Part shown: positions 52,761 through 63,185 of the stretch, piece after piece
Position numbering within the stretch: the first letter of the stretch is position 1
Layout of the letters: each line of letters starts with the position of its first letter
Source: Nitrospira sp.
GTDB taxonomy: Bacteria > Nitrospirota > Nitrospiria > Nitrospirales > Nitrospiraceae
Reading direction: 5' to 3'
DNA: 64,000 bases
Assembly (NCBI GenBank): GCA_047150005.1
Contig: AP038806.1
Location: 3,936,001 to 4,000,000, forward strand
The notes under the pieces: model-generated
Database searches by the model: none
Told to the model about the DNA's origin: nothing
What the model saw: only the letters and a program-made list of their open reading frames with translations
Translations under genes and position numbers: made by a program

Positions 52761-53912
52761 TCAGGATCGCGCTTGATCGCGCTCCGGAATGCCAGACGGA
52801 GCGGACCGGTTGGTCGGCGGGAAGGTCGGCGGATGGATCGGCAGCGTAATGATGAAGGTGGTGCCCTGTCCCTCTTGGCTGCCGACCGAAATGTCACCGC
52901 CGTGCGCGTCGACGACATCCTTCACAATCTTGGTGCCAAGTCCGGTTCCTCCCGCCTTCCTGCTGACCGCCCGGCTCGTGAAGAGCGTCTTTCGCACGTC
53001 CTCGGGCATGCCCTTCCCCGTGTCCTCAACCATGAGTACAATCGACTGAGTCCCGGGATCGTGTCGTCCACGGATGGTGATCGATCCCAATGGGGGAACT
53101 TCCGGAACAGCGTTGTGAACCAGATTGTAGAGCAGCGAATACAAGCGATTGCCGTCGCCCACAATGGTCGGCAATGACTCGAGGTCCTCGAGCTGAAGTG
53201 CGATCTGCTTTTGCTGAACCAACACCCGCAGTGTTTTCGCGACACCGTCAGCGATCTTTCCGATTTGGCAGGGTTCGAGGCGCTGCGGCGCACTTGTGAC
53301 CGCCACATAATCCGCAATTTCCTTCATGCGGTCCTGGATCCGCCTGGAGGTGTTGCGCAGAAGTTGGAGCACCTCTTCGCACGTTTGATGGTGGCCGTCT
53401 GAACGGGCGGAGATCTGTTCCGGCAGCGACTTGAACAGATCGTCGATTTCTTCGGCAAGCAAATCGGTGCCTGTGACCATCGGCATCAAGAGATTCTTCA
53501 CATCATGGCTGATCTCTCCGAGCAGCTGCGTCATTTCTCCGGTTTGCTCCCGGCGCTCCAGCGCCATGGCCAGTACCGAGTCGATTTGGCCCGGCTCGAA
53601 CGGCTTGGTGACAAAGTCCACCGCGCCCTCTTTCATGGCTTCCACAGCCCGTTGGATGTTACCGTAGGCGGTCAGCATCACCACCGGGAGCGTCGGCCAT
53701 CGCTTCTTGATCCGCCTCAACGCATCCATGCCGCTCATCTTCGGCATCGTGATATCGAGAAACACGAGGTCCACCGAGCAGGACTCCACCGCCGTCACCG
53801 CCGCTTGCCCGTCCTCCGCGGTAATGACTTCATGTCCCAGCCAGCGAAATCGCTCGGCCAGGCTCAACAGAATATCCGGTTCATCGTCCGCCACAAGGAT
53901 TCGAATAGGCAT
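52761..53912 (-). CDS. Hybrid receiver-histidine kinase
   Basis: VADDE, FLDITMP, KPF; SHDVKN, NLVHNA, DTGKG, GTGLG. Confidence 0.9.
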   Translation of the reverse strand: MPIRILVADDEPDILLSLAERFRWLGHEVITAEDGQAAVTAVESCSVDLVFLDITMPKMSGMDALRRIKKRWPTLPVVMLTAYGNIQRAVEAMKEGAVDFVTKPFEPGQIDSVLAMALERREQTGEMTQLLGEISHDVKNLLMPMVTGTDLLAEEIDDLFKSLPEQISARSDGHHQTCEEVLQLLRNTSRRIQDRMKEIADYVAVTSAPQRLEPCQIGKIADGVAKTLRVLVQQKQIALQLEDLESLPTIVGDGNRLYSLLYNLVHNAVPEVPPLGSITIRGRHDPGTQSIVLMVEDTGKGMPEDVRKTLFTSRAVSRKAGGTGLGTKIVKDVVDAHGGDISVGSQEGQGTTFIITLPIHPPTFPPTNRSAPSGIPERDQARS

Positions 53913-53993
53913 GGTTTCGCTCCATCCTGCCCCGACGGCTGCGGGGCGGATGTGCGCCGCAGCCGTCGGGACGCCTTTTCCCTTGAGAGAGTG

Positions 53994-54009
53994 AGCAAAA
54001 CACACGCCA
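53994..54009 (-). promoter_or_regulatory. sigma-54 (-24/-12) promoter of the hybrid kinase
   Basis: TGGCGTGTGTTTTGCT (GG-N10-GC) about 80 nt upstream of ATG 53912. Confidence 0.65.
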
Positions 54010-54197
54010 CGATCCAGCAAGTTGATATCTCAGGCTATTAGAAGATAATGGAAGGTGGAGCTTGGCGTTGGTGAATCCAATCGGACCTTGGCGGAATCAC
54101 TTCCGATTCAGCCGTACGAACGCCAGCCCTCTCGGTGATCGCCTTTCTCGATGTTGCGCGGGACCATGACTGGCGTGGAGATGGGGCGTGAGGTGGC

Positions 54198-54854
54198 CTA
54201 TCGACGGGAAGAGGAGTCTTTGCCGAACAGAGTCGTCTTGAAGGGCCGAAGTTGCATCGGTTCGACATCGAGCAGGTCATACCGCCGTTTAATCGCTGCC
54301 TTATACTGGTCAAATGTTCCGGGATCGTCCGGATAGTCACGCCAAATGGAGGGCTCGCCATCGCACGCCAATCCAAAATGTCCGATGTAGACGAGTTCGC
54401 CCTCCTTCACCTCAAACGTCCCGCCGAGCGGCGCTCCGTCCTTGATGAGCGCAGCAGGACCGGCGGTTCCGATTTTTACGTCGAACGTCGAAGCGGCGAC
54501 TTCGATCGCATAGTGTGTCAGAGCATAGGCACCCGGCTCGATCGCCAGCAGATAGTTGACCGGCTCCGATTCTTTAAAGTAGGGAGAGCCTTCGATGAGG
54601 ATCTCTGGAACATCCCCTTCCACCACATTCTGCAGTGGGAGCCGGTCAAATCCGAATCCCCGTAACTGAGCATAGCGAAACGTTCCACACTTCAAGGCCC
54701 GCCCCCAGTTCACCGAGAGCACCACCGCTCCCTTGCGCGGATCCTGGGGATACGATCCCACCGGGACGGCTTGTTTCGGTATTGGAAGCAGTGCCGGAGA
54801 TGTGCAGGCCGTCAAAAGCGCAACGACGACAAGGGCGACGGCGCGTCGAATCAT
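54198..54854 (-). CDS. Putative lipoprotein
   Basis: Lipobox LTAC; ends in VKEGELVYIGHF-type beta pattern; GGGAGG RBS. Confidence 0.8.
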   Translation of the reverse strand: MIRRAVALVVVALLTACTSPALLPIPKQAVPVGSYPQDPRKGAVVLSVNWGRALKCGTFRYAQLRGFGFDRLPLQNVVEGDVPEILIEGSPYFKESEPVNYLLAIEPGAYALTHYAIEVAASTFDVKIGTAGPAALIKDGAPLGGTFEVKEGELVYIGHFGLACDGEPSIWRDYPDDPGTFDQYKAAIKRRYDLLDVEPMQLRPFKTTLFGKDSSSRR

Positions 54855-54905
54855 ACGCTCCTCCCTGAATAACCGTTGGAGAGACTACGTGCGGCGGACG
54901 ATCGC

Positions 54906-54934
54906 AACGTACTGGGGGAAGAATGTGGCGTCAA
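54906..54934 (-). promoter_or_regulatory. Possible sigma-70 promoter of the lipoprotein gene
   Basis: TTGACG-17 nt-TACGTT. Confidence 0.5.
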
Positions 54935-54997
54935 GAGGATGGAAATCAGGCCTCTCACGAAACGAGCCTCTGGATGTACGCCATGAAGCCTCGTCCA

Positions 54998-55038
54998 GTT
55001 AGGGAGAATTTCCAGATGGTCAGGAAATTCTCCCTAAC
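54998..55038. repeat. Perfect 16-bp inverted repeat (candidate operator/enhancer)
   Basis: GTTAGGGAGAATTTCC-9 nt-GGAAATTCTCCCTAAC in a divergent intergenic region. Confidence 0.8.
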
Positions 55039-55163
55039 AACCCATGCAAACAGATATTATTCATTACATGAGTTATTACGATTAAGTGTATGACATATTT
55101 AAATTTTACAACTTTCTATTAGCGCACATTCCAACGGCATGGTCCCTGCGTGTAGCCCGGTAC

Positions 55164-55604
55164 ATGCCGCTCTACCCATCGCTCTTATTGATCGACGACA
55201 GCTCTGGCGAGCGCGAACTGTTCCGTGAAGCCTTGGCCCGTACCGGGCTCGCGGTCGCCCTCTTTGCCGAGCAGGACGCAGAGGCAGCCCTTCGATTCCT
55301 CACGCACCGCGCAAGCCTGGGACTCCCCCCTTCCGTCATTCTGCTGGATTGGCATCTTCGTTGTTGGAGCGGGGATGAGTTCCTGCGCCACCTCCGGGCG
55401 CACCCCGGCGTCACCACAATCCCGGTCGTCGTATTCAGCACCTCGGACGCCGCCGCCGACGTATCCGCCGCTTATACCAACGGCGCGAACGGTTACGTGG
55501 TCAAACCCGACACGTTTGATGAACTGGTCCGATGCATCCGGACGATTTGCCAGTTCTGGGTCGATTGCAATGTGTCACCGCACCTGATTGAAAGCCGATG
55601 TTGA
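55164..55604 (+). CDS. Single-domain response regulator (Rcp1-like)
   Basis: LIDDS, ILLDWHL, IPVVVFSTS, AYTNGANGYVVKP, FW. Confidence 0.87.
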   Translation: MPLYPSLLLIDDSSGERELFREALARTGLAVALFAEQDAEAALRFLTHRASLGLPPSVILLDWHLRCWSGDEFLRHLRAHPGVTTIPVVVFSTSDAAADVSAAYTNGANGYVVKPDTFDELVRCIRTICQFWVDCNVSPHLIESRC

Positions 55605-58600
55605 CCCGCGCCGCGCTGAAGAACCCCTACGCGGTCTTCGCCGTCTGCATGATTGCGCTCGTGCTCGGCGCGGTATCCTACAAGAAGATGCGCGTGGATA
55701 TTTTCCCGGAGATCAAAATTCCGACGATTCTCGTGACGACCTTCTATCGGGGCATGAGCCCCAGCGAAATGGAAGGCGCCATCACGCTCCGCATGGAGCA
55801 GCGGTTCGTCGAAGCCAGTTACGTCGAACATATCGAGTCCCAATCGCTGGCCGGCATGAGCTACATCAAGGTGTTCTTCCAGCCGGAGTACGGCATCGAT
55901 GCGGCGCAATCGGAGCTGACGAGTCTCGCCTACAGCATCATCAGATTGCTGCCGCCCGGGGTCTATCCGCCGTCCGTGTACAAGTTCGGCGTCGCGAGCC
56001 TGCCGATCGGACTCTTGTCCATCAGCAGCGAGAATCTCGGGCCCAAGGAAATCCGCGATCTGGCCTATTTCACGGTGCGGAATCAGATCGCCAGCATCCC
56101 GGGTATCTCGTTCGGGCCGCCGCTCGGCGGCAAGGTCCGTCAGATCACGGTATTCATGGACCAGCAGCGCATGCTCGCGAGGGGGATCTCGCCGTCCGAC
56201 GTTGTGAAGGCCATCAATGCCCAAAGCGCCATCATACCGGCCGGCGACATCAAGATCGGCGACCTGGACTATTACGTGTACAGCAACAGTCTCGTCGGCG
56301 TGGTGGAGAAGATCAACGACATTCCGATCAAGGTGGTGAACGGCACACCGATCCTCGTCCGGGACATCGGGACGGCCGCCGATAGCGCCGCGATTCAGAC
56401 CTCTGTCGTGCGGGTGAACGGTCATGAGGCGACCTATCTGCCGATCACCAGACAGGAAGGCGCCAATACGCTGGAAGTGACAGATGGAGTCCGGGCCAAA
56501 CTTCACAAGCTCACCGAGATCCCGGCCGGCGCGACCGTGAAATTCATCTACGACCAGTCGCTCTACATCAGGCAAGCCATCGCGAACTTGCAAAAAGAAG
56601 GGTTGCTCGGCGCCGGACTCGCAGGTTTGATGATCTTTCTGTTCCTGCGAAGCGTCAAGGCCGCTCTCGTGGTCGGCCTGGCCATTCCGCTCTCGTTGAC
56701 CGCCGCGTTGGTCGCGCTGTACCTGACCGGCCAATCTGTGAATATCATGACCCTGGGCGGATTGGCCCTGGTGATCGGAACGCTTCTGGACAACAACATC
56801 GTCGTCCAGGAGAACCTTCACCGTCACATGGAAATGGGCAAAGACGGCCGTTCCGCCGCCGAGGACAGCGCCACAGAGCTCACTCTGCCGATTTTCGTCG
56901 CCACGGTCTGCATTCTGATCGTGTATCTGCCGATCATCTTTTTCACGGGCATCATCAAGTACCTCTTTGTGCCGCTTGCGATGACCGTCGCCTTCGCCAT
57001 GCTGGCGGACTATGCGGTGTCCATGTCGGTCACTCCGGTGGTGCTGGCCAGACTCTATGCCCGGGGCCATGAGCACGGTTCGGAGGAAGGCTCGGCCGCC
57101 GAGGGATGGTTTCGTTACGTCCTGGCCGTCTACGTCCCACTGCTCGGTGCCGGGCTCCGCTACAAGGCCGTCCTCTTGGGAGGGGCGCTCGCGGCGCTGC
57201 TTGCCACCGTCCTCTTTCTGGTTCCGCGGCTTCCGACGGAATTCTTTCCCAAAGTGGACGCCGGCAACTTCACGATGATCGTGGTCGCACCGGAAGGTTC
57301 GCGGATCGAGAAGACGACCGCGATCGTGGCGGATATCGAACGATTGGTCCAGGAAACCGTCCCTCAGCACGATCTGGAAGAAGTTATTTCGAATACCGGC
57401 CTCTACTTCGGAGATGCAGCCCGTTTCGCACCCAATACGGGCAGCCACACCGCGTTCGTCCTGGTCAATCTCGTCAGCGGCCATGAGGGAGCAACCGATG
57501 AGTACATTACGACCTTGAGAGCCAAGCTCAGGCAGTCGCTTCCCGGAGTGGAGATCAGTTTTCAGACGGGAGGCATTATCAGCGATGTGCTCAACTTCGG
57601 CCTGCGAGCGCCGATCGACATTCAAGTCAAGGGACCGAAACTGGACGTGATTCGCCCGGTCGCGGAAGAGATCCGTGAACGGGTTGCGGAAATCGCCAAC
57701 ACGACCGACGTTCGCATCAAGCAGGGAAAGAGTTATCCGGAGCTGCACGTCAACGTGGACCGCACCAAATCCGCCTACTACGGCCTCACCCAAGATCGCG
57801 TGATCGTCGATGTGATCACCGGTATCAGTTCCAATCTGGCATTGAGTCCAAACTACTGGCTCGACCCCAAGACGGCGAATGGTTATTACCTGTTGGCGCA
57901 ATATCCCGAACAGTCGCTGACCGAAACGGAGGACCTCCTGAACATTCCGATCATCGGCGCCCGCACGCCGTTGAACCCGACATCGGCCTTGATGACGGCC
58001 GGCTCCAGCGGCTCGACCATCGCTCTGCAGAATACCCCTTTTGCGGGACGCAATCTCGATCTGTCGGCCGGATTCTATTCGGCGGATGAACGGCGTGGTC
58101 CTCCGGTGCTTCTGCGCGACGTCGCGGGGCTTGAGTTACGAACCGGTCCCGACAGCGTCGATCACTACGACCTGTCACGCCTGATCGATGTCCTGGTGAC
58201 CCCCGTCGGCAACGACCTGGGGCGCGTGGCCGCGGACATCGAACGTGCACTCGCCGCTGTCAAATTGCCGAAGGACGTGACGATCGATATCAAAGGGGAA
58301 GTGGCCAACATGCGCGGGGCGTTCAGCAACTTCGCGCTGGCCCTGCCGCTGGCCGTCCTGCTGATCTATCTGGTGATGGTCGGCCTCTTCCGCTCGATGA
58401 TCGATCCGTTGATCATCTTGGTCGCGGTGCCCTTGGGTTGGATCGGCACCGTGATGGTGTTGTTCGCGACGAATACTTCCGCGAATGTGGAGTCAATGAT
58501 CGGAACGCTGATGATGATGGGTATCGTGGTGTCGAACAGCATCCTGCTCGTCGATTTCGCCAACCAAATGGTGCGAGCCGGCGCGACCGCGGAGCAGGCG

Positions 58601-58861
58601 GTCATGGAAGCGGGCAGGCGACGGATTCGCCCCATTCTGATGACGGCGCTGGCCACGATTCTCGGTCTGTTGCCGCTGGCCCTGGGATTCGGCGAAGGCA
58701 ATGAAACGATGGTGCCGCTGGCCCGTGCGGTCGTCGGCGGCCTGGCCGTCTCCACCGTCATGACCCTTTTGGTCGTCCCCGTGATGCACGCCGTGGTGCT
58801 CGGACGGCACGTACATCCGACCGTGTCGTCGACGCCGGCCGCGTCGCGTGAGGAAATCTGA
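55598..58861 (+). CDS. RND efflux permease
   Basis: VDIFPEI, GANTLEV, NIMTLGGLAL, RRIRPILMTALATILGLLPLA. Confidence 0.95.
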   Translation: MLTRAALKNPYAVFAVCMIALVLGAVSYKKMRVDIFPEIKIPTILVTTFYRGMSPSEMEGAITLRMEQRFVEASYVEHIESQSLAGMSYIKVFFQPEYGIDAAQSELTSLAYSIIRLLPPGVYPPSVYKFGVASLPIGLLSISSENLGPKEIRDLAYFTVRNQIASIPGISFGPPLGGKVRQITVFMDQQRMLARGISPSDVVKAINAQSAIIPAGDIKIGDLDYYVYSNSLVGVVEKINDIPIKVVNGTPILVRDIGTAADSAAIQTSVVRVNGHEATYLPITRQEGANTLEVTDGVRAKLHKLTEIPAGATVKFIYDQSLYIRQAIANLQKEGLLGAGLAGLMIFLFLRSVKAALVVGLAIPLSLTAALVALYLTGQSVNIMTLGGLALVIGTLLDNNIVVQENLHRHMEMGKDGRSAAEDSATELTLPIFVATVCILIVYLPIIFFTGIIKYLFVPLAMTVAFAMLADYAVSMSVTPVVLARLYARGHEHGSEEGSAAEGWFRYVLAVYVPLLGAGLRYKAVLLGGALAALLATVLFLVPRLPTEFFPKVDAGNFTMIVVAPEGSRIEKTTAIVADIERLVQETVPQHDLEEVISNTGLYFGDAARFAPNTGSHTAFVLVNLVSGHEGATDEYITTLRAKLRQSLPGVEISFQTGGIISDVLNFGLRAPIDIQVKGPKLDVIRPVAEEIRERVAEIANTTDVRIKQGKSYPELHVNVDRTKSAYYGLTQDRVIVDVITGISSNLALSPNYWLDPKTANGYYLLAQYPEQSLTETEDLLNIPIIGARTPLNPTSALMTAGSSGSTIALQNTPFAGRNLDLSAGFYSADERRGPPVLLRDVAGLELRTGPDSVDHYDLSRLIDVLVTPVGNDLGRVAADIERALAAVKLPKDVTIDIKGEVANMRGAFSNFALALPLAVLLIYLVMVGLFRSMIDPLIILVAVPLGWIGTVMVLFATNTSANVESMIGTLMMMGIVVSNSILLVDFANQMVRAGATAEQAVMEAGRRRIRPILMTALATILGLLPLALGFGEGNETMVPLARAVVGGLAVSTVMTLLVVPVMHAVVLGRHVHPTVSSTPAASREEI

Positions 58862-58865
58862 CGCT

Positions 58866-60077
58866 ATGACGCTTCGCTCATTCACGAGACTGCTTCTCCT
58901 CTCCATAATCGTCACCGCCTGCGGACGCGACGAGACTGCTCAGAAACCCGCGCCGGCCTCCGGCAACTCCTACGAGGCCGAGGTCCCGAATGCCGACCAA
59001 ACCGTGCCTGTGGACGTGCAGGTCACGAAACCGTCCAAACAACTCCTGGTCTACTCGATCACGCTGCCGGCAAACATCGCTCCGCTGTATCAAACGACGC
59101 TGTACGCGAAGGTCTCCGGCTACCTGAAGTGGATCGGACCGGACAAGGGCGACGCGGTCAAGAAGGATCAGGTGGTCGCCATCATCGACGCACCGGAAGT
59201 CGAAGAGCAGTACCACCAGGCGGCGGCGGACTACAAGATTAAGAAAATCACGTTCGACCGGCTCATGAAGGTCTGGAAGGAGGCGCCGGACGTCATCGCC
59301 AAGCAGGACGTCGACGTGGCCGAGGCGGCATACGAAGGCGCGAAGAATCTCATGCAGCAGCGGGCGGTGCTCCGCGACTACACCAAGGTTCGTGCGCCGT
59401 ACGACGGCACGATCACCGCCCGATTCGCCGATCCCGGGGCACTGATTCAGGTGGCCACGGCGTCGGCTACGACCGCCATTCCACTCTTTACGATCATGGA
59501 TTTGGATACCGTCCGCGTCTATGCCAATGTCCCTCAGGACGATTCGCCGTGGGTGGTGCCCGGAAAGACCAAGGCCACGGTCACAGTCGCGGAACTACCC
59601 GACCGCTCATTTGCCGGCACCGTGACCCGCTCCACCCTGGCCCTTGATCCTTCGACCCGCAGCCTGCTGATCGAAGTGGACTTGCCCAACGGCGACCACG
59701 CACTCAAGCCGGGAACGTATGCGGAATTGACCGTTGACCTCAGGGAAATCCCGGATGCGTTGGTGCTGCCTCCCTTGGCCGTGACCAGCAGTCCGGGAGG
59801 CCACTCGGTCTTTATCGTTGAACAGGGAAAGGCAAAATCGGTAGCCGTACGTACCGGCATCACCAGCGGAAGATTCATCGAGATCATTCAAGGTTTGACC
59901 GCCGACGACGATGTCGTCGTTGTCGGCAAACGCAGACTGCTGGAAGGCTCGCCGGTACACGCAAGCCCATACCACTTGCCGGAGGCCATCTTTTCCAAGC
60001 AGCGGTTTGAGCGCAGGTCGGCCGGCGTCCCGCCGGCCGCACCGGCTACCGTCGACCAGGGGACACGTCGTCCGTAA
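58866..60077 (+). CDS. RND periplasmic adaptor (MFP)
   Basis: Lipobox VTAC, AKVSGY...DKGDAV, RAPYDGTIT, LKPGTY. Confidence 0.93.
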   Translation: MTLRSFTRLLLLSIIVTACGRDETAQKPAPASGNSYEAEVPNADQTVPVDVQVTKPSKQLLVYSITLPANIAPLYQTTLYAKVSGYLKWIGPDKGDAVKKDQVVAIIDAPEVEEQYHQAAADYKIKKITFDRLMKVWKEAPDVIAKQDVDVAEAAYEGAKNLMQQRAVLRDYTKVRAPYDGTITARFADPGALIQVATASATTAIPLFTIMDLDTVRVYANVPQDDSPWVVPGKTKATVTVAELPDRSFAGTVTRSTLALDPSTRSLLIEVDLPNGDHALKPGTYAELTVDLREIPDALVLPPLAVTSSPGGHSVFIVEQGKAKSVAVRTGITSGRFIEIIQGLTADDDVVVVGKRRLLEGSPVHASPYHLPEAIFSKQRFERRSAGVPPAAPATVDQGTRRP

Positions 60078-60098
60078 ATCGATCGTCAAGGAGGTACC

Positions 60099-61460
60099 AT
60101 GTATACAGCATCCGTCAGAAAGACTGGGCCGTTGATCGTGCTGCTCCTGTTGGGTATGTCCGCAGCCGCGTGGGGGCAATCGTCGACCGAACCGCCGGAG
60201 CGAGGCAGTTTCCTCGCCCTCCAGCAGGCAATCGAACTGGCTTTAAAACACCACCCGATTGTGCAGGAGGCCAATGCCAATTTGAAAGCCTCCGAGGCCA
60301 GAACACAACAGACACGCTCGATGTATTTTCCCCAGATCTTTGCCAACGCGGATACGGTGGCGGGAGCCGGCAGGACGAATCCCCGCTTCCTGGTCGGAGG
60401 CGCGCTGTTACAGGAGAATCAAGCCATTTTTACGGGCGGTGTGATCGCCAATCAGCGTCTCTACGATTTTGGATTTACCAGCAACTTAGTTGACTCGGCG
60501 AAGCTGGCGGAGCGCGCCCAAGGCCAAGACGTCAACGCCAGACGGGCGCTGATCATCGTACAAGTGCAGCGAGCCTATCTCATCAGTCTGAAGCGACAGC
60601 GGTTGGTCCGCATCGCCGAGGAACGGGTCAGAGAACGAGGCATCATCACGGGTCAGATCGAAACGCTGCACCGACAACAGCTGAAATCCAAGTTGGATCT
60701 CGATCTGATGCGAGTCGAGCTCGTCAATGCGGAATCCTTGCTGGTCCGTAGTCGCAACGACCTGAAGTCCAGCTTCGCCGACTTGAACCGTGCGATGGGA
60801 GTCTCAGGCGGCGAGGACTATGTTCTTGAGGATCTTGCCGTGACGGTCACCCCGCCGAGGCCGCTCGAATCCTTGGTCAGCGACAGTTTGTCTCATCCGG
60901 AGCTTCAGCGGCTCAAAGAGCAGACGGCGTCGGCCGAGGCGAAATTGGTCGCGACGAAACGCCAATACCTGCCCACCATCAATGCCATCGGCAGCGGAGG
61001 TGCCTTCGAACCCTTTGATCCGCGACAGAATCAGCAGACCGGCGGCTGGTGGATGGCAGGAGCGCTGATCTCCATGCCGCTCTTTACCGGATTCCTGATC
61101 GAAAACCAGGTGGTGGAAGCCACCGCCCAGAAGGAGGCCGCCGCAGCCGCCAGCATCAACGTTGAACAGGCGCTGACACAACAGGTCACGAATTCCTACT
61201 TGGACACCATGACCTTTTCCCAACAGATCAAGCTGGGTGAGGAACAGGTCAAGACGGCACAGGAGGCCCAGCAGCTGTCCAAACAACGGTACAAGCTGGG
61301 ATTGGGGTCGATCGTGGAGGTGACGCAATCGGAAGTGGCGCTCGCAGCCGCGCAAACACGCTTGGCGGAAGCCCAATATGACTATAAAATCGCCGAGGTG
61401 ACCTTGGCCTATGCCTCAGGCGGCAGCGCGCAGTTGCAGATCGATCCGACCATCCGCTGA
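60099..61460 (+). CDS. TolC-family outer membrane protein
   Basis: LQQAIELALKHHP, YLPTI, MPLFTG, RYKLGLGSIVEV. Confidence 0.93.
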   Translation: MYTASVRKTGPLIVLLLLGMSAAAWGQSSTEPPERGSFLALQQAIELALKHHPIVQEANANLKASEARTQQTRSMYFPQIFANADTVAGAGRTNPRFLVGGALLQENQAIFTGGVIANQRLYDFGFTSNLVDSAKLAERAQGQDVNARRALIIVQVQRAYLISLKRQRLVRIAEERVRERGIITGQIETLHRQQLKSKLDLDLMRVELVNAESLLVRSRNDLKSSFADLNRAMGVSGGEDYVLEDLAVTVTPPRPLESLVSDSLSHPELQRLKEQTASAEAKLVATKRQYLPTINAIGSGGAFEPFDPRQNQQTGGWWMAGALISMPLFTGFLIENQVVEATAQKEAAAAASINVEQALTQQVTNSYLDTMTFSQQIKLGEEQVKTAQEAQQLSKQRYKLGLGSIVEVTQSEVALAAAQTRLAEAQYDYKIAEVTLAYASGGSAQLQIDPTIR

Positions 61461-61482
61461 CTCTGATAAAGGGACCGCGCCC

Positions 61483-61515
61483 AAAAAAAGGCCTGCCGTG
61501 TACACGGCAGGCCTT
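61483..61515 (-). terminator. Rho-independent terminator of the cold-shock gene
   Basis: Palindrome AAGGCCTGCCGTGTACACGGCAGGCCTT adjoining A7 (U-tract on the minus strand). Confidence 0.85.
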
Positions 61516-61549
61516 CGTCACACATGATCCTCTCAGAAGAGACGCTGCG

Positions 61550-61765
61550 TTACGACGCCGCAATCATCTTCGCGACATTGGCAGCCTGTGGTCCCTTGGC
61601 GCCTTGCACGATATCAAATTCGACGTTTTCTCCTTCTTTCAGGGTCTTGAATCCTTCCCCTTGGAGAGCGGAGTAATGGACGAATACATCCTCTCCGCTA
61701 TCAAGCCGGATAAATCCAAAGCCTTTTCGATCGTTAAACCACTTCACCGTACCTTTTGTCTTCAC
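61550..61765 (-). CDS. Cold-shock protein (CspA family)
   Basis: [38 protein letters not shown]. Confidence 0.96.
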   Translation of the reverse strand: MKTKGTVKWFNDRKGFGFIRLDSGEDVFVHYSALQGEGFKTLKEGENVEFDIVQGAKGPQAANVAKMIAAS

Positions 61766-62091
61766 AAAACCCTCCTTTCCTCAACGGCCACGTAGACTTA
61801 CGCTGCCGCGCCAGAACCCGGTTGATACCCTGCGCCGAATAAGGAATGATAAAAATAGGATGAAGAGGAAGGGACGGGGTCTTTGCCACGAAAAGAAGAA
61901 GCGCTCACGAGACCCATCTTGGTTACGAACCGCGGAGCATGTAACACAGGATTTTTGAACTTGTCAAGATAATCTTTGCCATCCTTTCGGACGAGAGCAT
62001 TCCAGCGTGCTCAATCCATCGCCGCCGCTTCGATAGACAAGCCTCTGTGAGTCGCCTATAGTGTTCCCCCATTTCAGGAACGTCGTGCCCC

Positions 62092-63183
62092 ATGCTGCTT
62101 TCCAAGCTGCTCGACCGCTACATCTTCACCGAACTCCTGTCTCCCTTTCTGGTCAGCCTCGGCGCCCTCTGCTTTGTCATGTTGACGCGCGAATTGCTTC
62201 GACTGGTCGAGTTGCTCGTTTCCAAAGGCGTCGGTTTGTTCGCCGTCCTAAAGGTATTCGCCAACCTCCTTCCCTCTTTTCTCGTCCTGACTCTGCCGAT
62301 TGCAGGAATTATCGCCTCAATTACCGCCTTCGGCCGATTGTCGTTCGATAAGGAACTGGTCGCCATGCGGGCTGCCGGTCTCAGCCTGCTTCGGTTGGCA
62401 CGACCCGTGTTCCTGTTCGCGTTTTTGGTCTTCGTCCTGACCCTCTGGCTTGCCCAATGGGGGCAGCCCTGGAGTTCTACCAATCTCAAGAAAGTCGCGC
62501 TCAACCTGCTGCGCGACCAATTGGTGCTCGCACTGGAGCGAGGCACGTTCAACGAGCCGATTCCCAAAATGATGATCTATGTGTCGGACTTGGGAGACGA
62601 GGCGGCAGCCACCGGCATTTTTGTGTCGGACGAGCGCAATCCGGACGATCCACGGGTCATCGTGGCGCGGGGGTACCGTGTCTTCGTCGATGCGGCGACC
62701 AGCCAAGTCGCACTGCAGCTGCAAGACGGGGTCATTCACAGCCAACCGGACAAGATCGACGAATACCAGCAGATCGGGTTCTCCAGCTATGACTTGAAGC
62801 TGTCCCTCAATCAAAGCGGCTACACCTCCGCCGAAGAACGCCCCTCCTACGAAACGATCATGGCGCAGTTGCGGGAGTCCCAAGGACGCGATCCCTCGGC
62901 GCGCCGCCGGCTCATGGAATACTACAAGGATCTGGCATTTCCCACCGCTTCCCTGGTCTTTTGCATCCTGGGGGTGCCGGTAGGCATCGTCTCGAAGCGC
63001 TCCGGGCGCATCGGAGGTTTCGCGGTCGGAGTCCTGGTCGTCATCATCTACTACGTGCTGAACGTCGGCTGTGAATTTCTGGTCACGACCGACGCACTGT
63101 CTCCCTTCGCGGGCGCCTGGCTCCCGAACGGGATCTTTGCGCTCGTGACGGTGCTGTGGTTCTACAAAATGAGTCGGGAATAA
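62092..63183 (+). CDS. lptF: LPS export permease LptF
   Basis: LDRYIFTELL, GRLSFDKELVAMRAAGLS, GAWLPN. Confidence 0.88.
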   Translation: MLLSKLLDRYIFTELLSPFLVSLGALCFVMLTRELLRLVELLVSKGVGLFAVLKVFANLLPSFLVLTLPIAGIIASITAFGRLSFDKELVAMRAAGLSLLRLARPVFLFAFLVFVLTLWLAQWGQPWSSTNLKKVALNLLRDQLVLALERGTFNEPIPKMMIYVSDLGDEAAATGIFVSDERNPDDPRVIVARGYRVFVDAATSQVALQLQDGVIHSQPDKIDEYQQIGFSSYDLKLSLNQSGYTSAEERPSYETIMAQLRESQGRDPSARRRLMEYYKDLAFPTASLVFCILGVPVGIVSKRSGRIGGFAVGVLVVIIYYVLNVGCEFLVTTDALSPFAGAWLPNGIFALVTVLWFYKMSRE

Positions 63184-63185
63184 CG

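Noticed and set aside
55493..57901. 802-aa antisense ORF
   Set aside because: Mirror of the RND permease
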